NCBI GenBank assembly: GCA_035765675.1
Contig: DASTXC010000123.1
Coordinates: forward strand, 11,180 to 75,179
DNA length: 64,000 nt
Source: Verrucomicrobiia bacterium
GTDB lineage: Bacteria > Verrucomicrobiota > Verrucomicrobiia > Limisphaerales > DASXHY01
Reading direction: 5' to 3'
The position numbers and the translations under genes are program-made. The notes beneath the pieces were generated by a model. That model searched no databases. It was not told the origin of the DNA and was given only the letters and a program-made list of their open reading frames with translations. Positions 1-8,500 of this stretch are shown one piece after another (the first letter of the stretch is position 1; every line of letters begins with the position of its first letter).

Positions 1-1
1 C

Positions 2-847
2 GCGAAATCGTTTCGCCTGCAAATGCGCAACGCCGCTGATGTGACTTTAATTCAATCGCCTTCGTGGTGGACGTTGCGGCGCGTCTTGTGGATTGCCGCC
101 GCCGTCGGTGTGGCGGCGTTATGCGCGTTCGGCTGGGTCGGAGTTCTCCGTCGCCAGGTTGCCGAACGCACCCGCGAACTGGACGTCGAAATTCAAGTGC
201 GTCAGCGCGCTGAACGGCGCCGTGAAATCGAACAGGAACGCACGCGCGTCGCGCAGGATCTTCACGATGAATTGGGCGCGACGCTCACTGAAGTCAGCAT
301 GCTCGGCGCGCTGGCCAGAACGCCGTCGATTCCGCCAACCGAACGCGACCGTTATCTGGAAAAGCTGACCACTGCATCCCGCGCGGTAGTTGCCACGCTG
401 GATGAAATCGTTTGGGCGGTGAATCCGAAATACGATTCCGTCGCGTCGCTCGCCAGTTATTACTCGTTGTTTGCGCAACGTTTTCTGAACCTTGCCGGCA
501 TTGCCTGTCGATTGCGCGTGGCGGAGACTTTTCCCGTCGCGCCGCTCGATTCGCGTTTGCGCCACGGAGTTTTTCTCGCATTCCGCGAAGCGCTGAACAA
601 CGCCGTTCGCCATTCCGGCGCATCGCAGATTCTCATCGAACTCGGCATTGTTGAGAACCAGCTCAAGATTGTTGTCGAAGACAACGGCCAGGGTTTTGAT
701 CTTTCCGCAGAGCGGCCGGGCAGCGATGGAATTGTCAGCATGACCGAACGCATGGCGAAGCTGGGCGGACGCTGTGAAATCAAAAGCCATTCCGGAAAAG
801 GCACCACCGTCGAACTGTGGCTGCCCCTCAACGATCACGCACTATGA
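2..847 (+). CDS. Sensor histidine kinase, HisKA_3 (NarX/DegS-like) type, 5'-truncated by window edge
   Basis: The frame is open from nt 2, with no stop before the listed ATG at 23. TM helix WWTLRRVLWIAAAVGVAALCAFGWVGVL. H-box QDLHDELGATLTEV, N-box REALNNAVRHSGA, G-boxes VEDNGQGF and GKGTTVELWLP. The stop overlaps the next start (ATGA, 844-847). Confidence 0.85.
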   Translation, partial: AKSFRLQMRNAADVTLIQSPSWWTLRRVLWIAAAVGVAALCAFGWVGVLRRQVAERTRELDVEIQVRQRAERRREIEQERTRVAQDLHDELGATLTEVSMLGALARTPSIPPTERDRYLEKLTTASRAVVATLDEIVWAVNPKYDSVASLASYYSLFAQRFLNLAGIACRLRVAETFPVAPLDSRLRHGVFLAFREALNNAVRHSGASQILIELGIVENQLKIVVEDNGQGFDLSAERPGSDGIVSMTERMAKLGGRCEIKSHSGKGTTVELWLPLNDHAL

Positions 848-1470
848 CCCACGTTGCCATTGTCGAAGACAACCGCACCACGCGCGAAGGACTGGAAGCA
901 ATCGTGAATCTCTCCGAAGATTTTCGCTGCGTCCGCACCTGCTCCACCGCGGAAGAAGCATTGAAAGTGCTGCCCGAAATCAAACCGGAGCTGGTGTTGA
1001 TGGACGTGCAATTGCCCAATATGTCGGGCGTGGATTGTGTCGCGCAACTCAAGGAGCTGATGCCTTCGCTCAAAGCCATCATGGTCACGGTGTATGAAGA
1101 TCCGGATCGGATTTTTCGCGCGCTGCGAGCCGGGGCTTCCGGATATTTATTGAAGCGTTCCACACCCGAAGAAGTGCTGCATGCCATGCGGGAAGTTCAG
1201 CAGGGCGGCGGCGCGATGAGTGGGGAAATTGCGCGCAAAGTGATTGGATATTTTCGCGAACAAACCGCCGCCAAAGTTGAAGTGGATGAACTCACGCAAC
1301 GCGAACGCGAAGTGCTGGAACTGGTCGTGCATGGATTGTCCAACAAGGAAATCGCGGAACGTCTCAGCGTCACCGCTGAAGGCGTGCGCTGGCATCTCAA
1401 GCGTATTTACCAGAAGCTTCACGTGCATTCGCGCACCGAGGCCGCGTTGAAATTCCGTCCGGCAAAATAG
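844..1470 (+). CDS. Response regulator, REC + LuxR/NarL-type HTH
   Basis: The ATG at 844 overlaps the kinase stop. MTHVAIVEDN...ELVLMDVQLPNMSG is a receiver domain. LTQREREVLELVVHGLSNKEIAERLSVTAEGVRWHLKRIYQKL is a GerE/LuxR HTH. The ORF-track start at 817 is an in-frame upstream extension. Confidence 0.9.
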   Translation: MTHVAIVEDNRTTREGLEAIVNLSEDFRCVRTCSTAEEALKVLPEIKPELVLMDVQLPNMSGVDCVAQLKELMPSLKAIMVTVYEDPDRIFRALRAGASGYLLKRSTPEEVLHAMREVQQGGGAMSGEIARKVIGYFREQTAAKVEVDELTQREREVLELVVHGLSNKEIAERLSVTAEGVRWHLKRIYQKLHVHSRTEAALKFRPAK

Positions 1471-1540
1471 ATTTTCACCTTCGGCACGCAGGAAAATTTC
1501 CCGCGCATTTACTTCCACAAGCTGGCTTTGCGCGCTCGAC

Positions 1541-1565
1541 TTCTACCCACTTGGGGAGCTAGGCG
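1541..1565 (+). promoter_or_regulatory. Conserved 25-nt box TTCTACCCACTTGGGGAGCTAGGCG, copy 1 (function unknown)
   Basis: Identical 25-mer recurs at 5401-5425. Both copies lie 110-180 nt upstream of paralogous giant secreted-protein genes, and both are preceded by AAGCTGG (1519-1525 and 5389-5395). Confidence 0.6.
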
Positions 1566-1673
1566 GCAAACCGGCAATCGTTATGATCTGGCCATAGCCG
1601 ATCAGAAAAAAAGAGCGCGCGAGTCGCATTGAATCGGCCCGCCGAAACCCGCAAAACCAAAAGACCTGCCTGT

Positions 1674-4403
1674 ATGAAAAGCACGATCCTCTGTCTTGCA
1701 GCGTTCGCGACCCTGACCCTTGCCAATGCTGCCAGCGTAACGAATTTGTTTCCGAACGGAGATTTTGAAGCGGGCGGCGCGGGTGATTGGGTGGAAGGCG
1801 GCTGTGATTTTTTCAGTTATCCCGACAGCGGCGGCAACTCCGGCGGCTATGGAATCATTGACGACACCTCGCCGTGCTGGGGCATCTGGGTGGGCGGCGA
1901 CACAACTCCGCTCTCGCTTGAATCGCTGGGACTGAAAGCCGGCCAGACCTACACCTTTGTTCAGGACATGAAGATCATTTCCGGAACGAGCATCGGTGGA
2001 ATCAAGATCGAATCCTGGACGACCAATAATCTCGGCGAGCCCATCTATGTGAGCGACAGCCATGACATGCGCCCGCTGTCCGGAACTGCCGAATGGGCGA
2101 CCTACACCTTTACTTACACGATCGCGCCGAACGCCACCGGACTGAAAGTCGTGCCGCTTTGGGGACCGGGTTCTGCGGTTGGCTTCGATAATCTTGGCGT
2201 GGTCGTGGTTGGCGCGACACCGGCGTCCGTCTCGATTACGAGCCCGACCAACAATCAAGTCGTCCATTCCGATTTCACAATCACTGCGACCGCGAGCGTC
2301 AGTCCCGGCACGATTACAAACGTCAATTTCTACGTGGACAATGTACTGGCAGGCACGGCCACGAATGCTCCGTTCGGTTATATCGCAACGAGCGTCGCGG
2401 TCGGCGCTCATGCGTTGAAAGCCGTCGCCATGGACAGTAACGGCAATTCCGCCACGTCGTCCGTCGTCAACGTCACTGTGACCGATGAATCTCCGACGGA
2501 GTTCGGCGCGTACGAGCCGTTCAATTACGATTCACTGGCGGATCAAACTCCCACGACCGCAACCGGATTCACCAGCAATTGGATTTGCGGAGCCGCCGGC
2601 ACAATTGTTCCGGGGTTGACGTATCCTGGCCTGGCGACGGCGAACGGCGCTTTGCAATCCGCCAGCTCGCATCAATTGACAAGTCTGGCGAGCGTGCCTT
2701 CGGGAATCGGAACGATCTGGGTGAGTTTTCTGTTCAAGCAGGTTGGCGACAACGGCGGCAATCGTGATGGCTTCGTGATCGAAGACGGCACCGGCAAGGG
2801 AATCATGTTTGCCTATTTCCAGAATCAAGCCGCGATTGGAAATCCGGCGATTGTGAACGTCAGCAGTTTCACGACGGTTGGGTCCACTTTGAGTCCGCAC
2901 AGCGCCACTGCTCAAACCTACAACGCGAACAATTTTTATGTGCTGAAGCTTGCCTACAGCGGCGGATCGCTGAGCAGCGTCGCCGTTTATTCCAATCCGA
3001 CTGCCGGCCAGGACACGGCACCTGCGCCGGACTTCACGGTCAGTTCGGGCTTGAGCGGCATCGGCCTTCCCAACTGGCTCGGCGTGGCTCATCAGGGCGC
3101 TGTCAGCATCACGGTCGATGAAGTGCGAGTCGGCAGCACGTTCGCCGATGTGGTGGGCGGAAATCTGAATCCGACGATTTCAACCACCTTGGCGCTTTCA
3201 ATTTCCGAGAGCAAAAAACTGAGTTGGAGCGGTTACAGCACGAATTATTATCAACCGCAAAAATCGTCCGACAACAGCAGTTGGACGGATGTGGGCGGAC
3301 TCATCTCCGGCACGAATTCGACCTCGGCTTATGATCTTGCGCCGGAGTCTTTTTATCAGGTTCTCGAAATTGGCCCGGTGCTTTCGGAACGGATCGTCGA
3401 TGGCGGTTTCGAAGTGGATGGCGGTTTGGACACCGCGTTCTATTGGAATGGATACGGAACTCAAAAGCCCATGCGCATCACTTCGGATTTCCACAGCGGG
3501 ACAGCGAGCATGTCTTTAATGGTGACCAATGTTGATCAAGCTGCGCAGACCTCCGATCTCCAACAGGACCTGCTCTACGCGGGCGACTCAGGAATCGTCG
3601 AAGGAAAAACTTACAGTCTTTCATTCTGGGCCAAGTCACTGGGCAAAAATCCCGCGGGCGGTTACGTGCAGCAATATCGCGTGGCGTGGTTGAAGACGGA
3701 TGGCGGCATTGTCGGAACGGTCGGCTGGACCGGTTTCACCAGCGCCACCGATAGCTGGACGCAAGTCAGCTCCGGTCCAGTCGTGGCTCCGGCGGGCGCG
3801 GTCAATGCCTTGATCGAAGTGTTTGTTGCGACCGGCGGAATCCTGAATGACTACGGCGGCGTGCTGGTCGATGATATGTCGTTGAGCAGCTTCGATCCGG
3901 GAAGCGTGATCAATGTATTGTCGCCCACAGTGGAATCGGGAGCGGCTTTCACAGCAACGGTGCAAACTGGCGGAACCACAGCCACGGCAGCGTCCGGGAA
4001 TGTTGCTTTCAAAATCAATGGCGTGGCACAAAGCTCCGTGCTTCTGACTGACGGCGTCGCAATCAGCGATCCCGCGATTGTTCCGGCCTCGTACACCGTC
4101 ACCGCCACGTATTCCGGTGACGCCACCTACATCGGCAGTTCCGCGACGCAAATTGTCGGTGACGGCGGCGGCGTAAATCCATCGCCAACCAATCTGGCGG
4201 CGACAGTTTCCGGTAATCAACTCACGCTCTCCTGGCCAGCGGATCACACAGGCTGGAGTTTGCAGACTCAGACCAATTCGACCAGCGCGGGCCTCAGCGC
4301 GAATTGGTTCGAAGTCAGCGGCTCCACCGTGACGAACAAAATGACGATCACGGTTGATCCCAAAAATCCGACGGTGTTTTACCGGCTGAAATACACTCCG
4401 TGA
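1674..4403 (+). CDS. Secreted multidomain surface protein (CBM4_9-like, Ig-like, ~215-aa YEPFNY module, C-terminal LSWP...FYRL domain)
   Basis: Signal peptide MKSTILCLAAFATLTLANA starts at ATG 1674 (the ORF track starts at 1629). NLFPNGDFEAGG and RIVDGGFEVDGG begin jelly-roll CBM-like domains. Ig-like unit SITSPTNNQVV...NFYVDNVLAG. Module AYEPFNY...FKQVGDNGGNR...VYSNPTAG...APAPDFTV. C-terminus GNQLTLSWPADHTGWSLQTQTN...FYRLKYTP. Confidence 0.85.
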   Translation: MKSTILCLAAFATLTLANAASVTNLFPNGDFEAGGAGDWVEGGCDFFSYPDSGGNSGGYGIIDDTSPCWGIWVGGDTTPLSLESLGLKAGQTYTFVQDMKIISGTSIGGIKIESWTTNNLGEPIYVSDSHDMRPLSGTAEWATYTFTYTIAPNATGLKVVPLWGPGSAVGFDNLGVVVVGATPASVSITSPTNNQVVHSDFTITATASVSPGTITNVNFYVDNVLAGTATNAPFGYIATSVAVGAHALKAVAMDSNGNSATSSVVNVTVTDESPTEFGAYEPFNYDSLADQTPTTATGFTSNWICGAAGTIVPGLTYPGLATANGALQSASSHQLTSLASVPSGIGTIWVSFLFKQVGDNGGNRDGFVIEDGTGKGIMFAYFQNQAAIGNPAIVNVSSFTTVGSTLSPHSATAQTYNANNFYVLKLAYSGGSLSSVAVYSNPTAGQDTAPAPDFTVSSGLSGIGLPNWLGVAHQGAVSITVDEVRVGSTFADVVGGNLNPTISTTLALSISESKKLSWSGYSTNYYQPQKSSDNSSWTDVGGLISGTNSTSAYDLAPESFYQVLEIGPVLSERIVDGGFEVDGGLDTAFYWNGYGTQKPMRITSDFHSGTASMSLMVTNVDQAAQTSDLQQDLLYAGDSGIVEGKTYSLSFWAKSLGKNPAGGYVQQYRVAWLKTDGGIVGTVGWTGFTSATDSWTQVSSGPVVAPAGAVNALIEVFVATGGILNDYGGVLVDDMSLSSFDPGSVINVLSPTVESGAAFTATVQTGGTTATAASGNVAFKINGVAQSSVLLTDGVAISDPAIVPASYTVTATYSGDATYIGSSATQIVGDGGGVNPSPTNLAATVSGNQLTLSWPADHTGWSLQTQTNSTSAGLSANWFEVSGSTVTNKMTITVDPKNPTVFYRLKYTP

Positions 4404-4484
4404 CGCTGGCCGGCAATTGATCGCAAGCGGTAATCAACTTCGCATCAGCCGTCATCAGCGCCAGACCGTCCGCACATCCGAAAC

Positions 4485-5312
4485 ATGAAAAAGAATCATT
4501 ACCCGGCTCGCCGAGGATTTACTTTGATCGAGTTGTTGGTGGTCATCGCGATCATCGCGATTCTCGCCGCCATGTTGCTCCCGGCATTGTCGAAAGCCAA
4601 AGCCAAGGCGCTCGCGATCAAATGCATGAGCAACCTCAAACAGCTTCAAGTCGGCTGGGTAATGTATTCGGGCGATTACTCGGATAAAATTGTACGCAAC
4701 GGCGAAGAAGGCGGCGGGGCGACAGTTCCAGTCAATGCCATTTATCGCGAAGGTGGCGCAAACTCAACCTGGGCGCTCGGTTCCGTGGCAGCCACCGCTG
4801 GGGCAAGTGCGAGCCGACGCGAATTGATTGAGCAAGGACTGCTTTATCCATTCATCGGAAATGCGGACATTTACAAATGTCCGTCGGACCGGAAGCAGGT
4901 GAACGGAAAGGACACGATTCGCAGCATGTCCATGAACTCGTGGATGAATTCCATAACGAGCTGGAATGATTTGGTCCATTACAGTGGAACCACGCGGCTT
5001 CGCGATTTCCGAAAGCAGAGCGACATCACCTCCCCTGCTCCATCCGACTGTTGGGTGTTCATCGACGAAAATCCCAACAGCATCAACGACGGTTGGTTCG
5101 CGACGGATCCAAATCAACCGAACAAGTGGGTCGATATTCCCGCGACGTATCACAACGACGCGAGCGGAATTTCGTATGCGGACGGTCATGCGGAGATCAA
5201 GAAATGGCACGACTCCAAAATGATCAATGCCACAAAGACCGACATTCTACGCGATCCAAATTCGGGCGATTTGAAATGGTTCAACGATCACAGCACTTCG
5301 CGCGTTCAGTAA
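4485..5312 (+). CDS. Prepilin-type N-terminal cleavage/methylation domain protein, H-X9-DG class
   Basis: N-terminus [34 protein letters not shown] is a prepilin methylation motif. Near the C-terminus [14 protein letters not shown] fits H-X9-DG exactly. Confidence 0.9.
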   Translation: MKKNHYPARRGFTLIELLVVIAIIAILAAMLLPALSKAKAKALAIKCMSNLKQLQVGWVMYSGDYSDKIVRNGEEGGGATVPVNAIYREGGANSTWALGSVAATAGASASRRELIEQGLLYPFIGNADIYKCPSDRKQVNGKDTIRSMSMNSWMNSITSWNDLVHYSGTTRLRDFRKQSDITSPAPSDCWVFIDENPNSINDGWFATDPNQPNKWVDIPATYHNDASGISYADGHAEIKKWHDSKMINATKTDILRDPNSGDLKWFNDHSTSRVQ

Positions 5313-5321
5313 AGTTTCTGC

Positions 5322-5351
5322 GAAATTCGCGTTGATTGTTGAAATTCGCGT
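5322..5351 (+). repeat. Direct repeat GAAATTCGCGT x2 in 19-nt register
   Basis: GAAATTCGCGT occurs at 5322-5332 and 5341-5351, about 50 nt upstream of the second 25-nt box. A looser relative, GAAAATTTCCCGCGC, lies upstream of the first box (~1491-1505). Confidence 0.7.
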
Positions 5352-5400
5352 AACACGGTTTCCGTTCGATCTCTTTTTCGCTCCTCCGAAGCTGGATGTT

Positions 5401-5425
5401 TTCTACCCACTTGGGGAGCTAGGCG
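5401..5425 (+). promoter_or_regulatory. Conserved 25-nt box TTCTACCCACTTGGGGAGCTAGGCG, copy 2
   Basis: Perfect identity with 1541-1565. Located upstream of the 1619-aa surface protein gene. Confidence 0.6.
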
Positions 5426-5564
5426 CGGCGCGGGATTGATTTAAAGTGAGCGACAGCATCCCGTCGAACAGCCCGTAACGCACGCAATCGATCCATTAAT
5501 CTCATGCGGTGAACAAACAGCCGCCGCGATCATCCTGAACCAACTGTTTCCCTTCGCGTCCGAA

Positions 5565-8500
5565 GTGAAACGAACTTCGCCAACCCTAAATCAAAGCACC
5601 GAAATGAAAATCAATCGTCCTCAGATGGTCCCGTGGTTTGAACGGCTCCGCGCGTTTCAGCTTCTTCCCATCGCGGCCATTTTCCTGGCGCTGTCCGCGA
5701 TCAACGTTGGCGCGGCGCTCATCGCGTACGATCCGATGAATTATTCGGGCGCGCAGGTGAACGTCGGCACCGCCGCGCCTTCCGGTGCTCCGACGCAATC
5801 CACCGGCGGCGGCTGGACGGGCAATTGGAGCGGCGGCGCTTTGACGTTGAATTCGTTCGGCCTGACGTATCCGAATCTGCCGACGACTCAAAAATCCATT
5901 ACGACCCTCGGCGCGAATATTTTGTACAATCACATCGCCAGCGCGCCGACTTCTGGCAGCGTTTGGGTGAGCGTTCTGTTCAAGCAAGTCGGCGACATCG
6001 GCGGCAATCGATCCGGGGTGATTCTGGAAAGCGGCACAGGCGCGGGCGTGATGCTCGCTTACCAACAGTTCAGCGGCAGCCAGGGAAAACCGTGTTTGAT
6101 GGCGGTGACCGGCACGACAACGGTCGGTGCTCAAATCGGAACCAGCGCAACGGCGCAAACGTACGCCAACACCAATTTCTACGTGCTCGAATTTGTTTAC
6201 ACGGACGGAACCGTTTCCAGCGTTCGCATTTATTCCAATCCAACTGCGGGACAAACCACCGCGCCCGCGCCGGATTTCACGGTCTCCACCGGTTTGCCCA
6301 GCATCGGCGCGCTGGTGAATTTCGGACTCATCAATCCGTCCGGCGCAGGCAATATCACGCTGGATGAATTTCGCGTGGCCGACGCGTATGCCGATGTTGT
6401 CGGCCTGTCCGTTATTCCCGTTTCAGTTTCAATCACCAGTCCGACCAACAACGCGACGGTGAGCACTTACAATTACACCATGAATGCCAATGCAACCGTG
6501 TTGCCGGGCACGGTCACCAACGTGGACTTCTATGTGGATGGCATCCTGGCCGGCAATGATACGGATTCGCCTTTCAGTTTGCTCGTCAGCGGTGCAGCGG
6601 CGGGAGCACATTCATTACAGGCGATTGCGATGGATGGCGAGGGAAATTCCGCAACGTCCTCCGTGGTCAATGTCACTGCGGCCAATCTTTCGCCATCGGT
6701 TACGATAACAAATCCGGCGAATGGAAATCAGATTCTCACCGGATCAAGCGTTTCAGTTGGAGCCGACGCGACCGACGATGGAACGATTGCGAACGTAAGT
6801 TTTTATGTGGACGGCGAACTGGCCGGCAGCGCCAAATCGAGTCCGTATTCGATCGATTGGATTGCCACCGCGGGCGTTCATGCACTGACGGCTGTGGCAC
6901 AAGACAACGATGGTTTGAGCGCCACCTCGGTAGTGGTGACTGTCACGGGAACGCTTCCGGTCGTGTCCATCACGAGTCCAACTGATATGCAGACGGTGAG
7001 CAGTTACAGCTTTTCAATCGATGCGAATGCGACGGTCAATCCCGGCACAATCACCAACGTGGATTTTTATCTCGATGACGCATTGATCGGCAATGACATC
7101 GCTTCACCGTTCAATTTCATCGTGAACGGCGCATCGCCCGGCGCGCATACGTTAAAAGCCCTCGCCAGCGACAGCAACGGCAACACGGTTGAGTCCTCCG
7201 TAATTAACGTTCTCGCGGCCAATCTCTCGCCCTCGGTGACGATAACCAATCCAGCCAACGGAAGTCAGATTCTTGTGGGTTCGACTGTGGCGATTGGCGC
7301 TTCAGCAACGGACGACAGCGCCGTGACGAATGTTGATTTCTATGTGGACGAAGTGTTGGTTGGAAATTCCATAGCTGCGCCGTACGCCGCAAATTGGATC
7401 GCGACAGCCGGCGCTCATCTGCTCACGGCAGTGGCGCAGGACAATGATGGATTGAGCACAACGTCAGCAGTGGTGAACGTCACCGGCACCTTGCCAATCG
7501 TCTCCATCACCAGCCCGACCAATTCTCAGCTCGTGAGCATTTACAATTATACGATCAATGCCGCCGCGACCGTTACGCCCGGCACGATCACGAACGTGGA
7601 TTTCTACATTGATGCAGCGCTCGTCGGCAATGACATCGCTTCACCTTTCAACTACGTCGTCAGCGGCGCGCTGGCCGGCGATCACTCGCTCCAGGTTGTC
7701 GCCTCCGACAGCAACGGAAATTCAGTTACATCCGCCGTTGTCAATGTCACCGCGGCCAATCTCGCGCCTTCGATTTCCGTTACCAATCCTGCCGCGGGCA
7801 GCGTGTACCTGATTGGCGCAAACGTTCCGATTGGCGCTTCGGCGACGGACGACAGCGCGGTCACGAATGTGGATTTTTACGTGGACGGCACGTTCGTCGC
7901 CAGCGCTGATGCCGCTCCGTACGCCACCAGCTGGACAACAACGGCGGGCGTTCATGCGTTGACGGCGGTGGCGCAGGACAACGACGGTTTAAGCACGACG
8001 TCGGCGGTGGTGAACATTACCGGCGTGCTCAATTACAATGCTTACGAGCCGTTCAATTACGCGCTCGGAACTTTCACGAACAACACGCCGAGCAGCGCCG
8101 CTGGATTCAGTGGCAACTGGACGTGTGGATCGGCTGGCACAATTGTCGCCGGACTCACTTACTCTGGCTTGCCTGTGAGCGCCAACGCGTTGAGTTCAAC
8201 CGCTGGCCGGCAGTTTGCAAATTTCTCCGGCCCACTTTCCAGCGGCACGGAATACATCAGCTTTCTGTTTACCCAGGTTGGAAACAACGGCGGAAACAAA
8301 GCGGGCGTTTATTTTCCCAACGGCGGCGCGGGTCTGTTTTTCGGTTACGGATTCGCGCCGGGTGGAACTTCCGGCGCGTTGGGATTGGGTTCCATGAATA
8401 CGGTTGGCACCGACGTTCAAGGAACAACTTCGACGCTGGCAAGTTCGTTTGTCGGAACTTACGGGACGACTTATTTCATCGTGTTGAAAATTGATTTCAA

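Noticed and set aside
5565-5603. Choice between the GTG at 5565 and the ATG at 5604 as start of the 1619-aa gene
   Set aside because: Neither candidate has a clear Shine-Dalgarno sequence. The ORF-track start is kept for the coordinates, and the ATG at 5604 (MKINRPQ...) is equally plausible. The question is unresolved rather than rejected.
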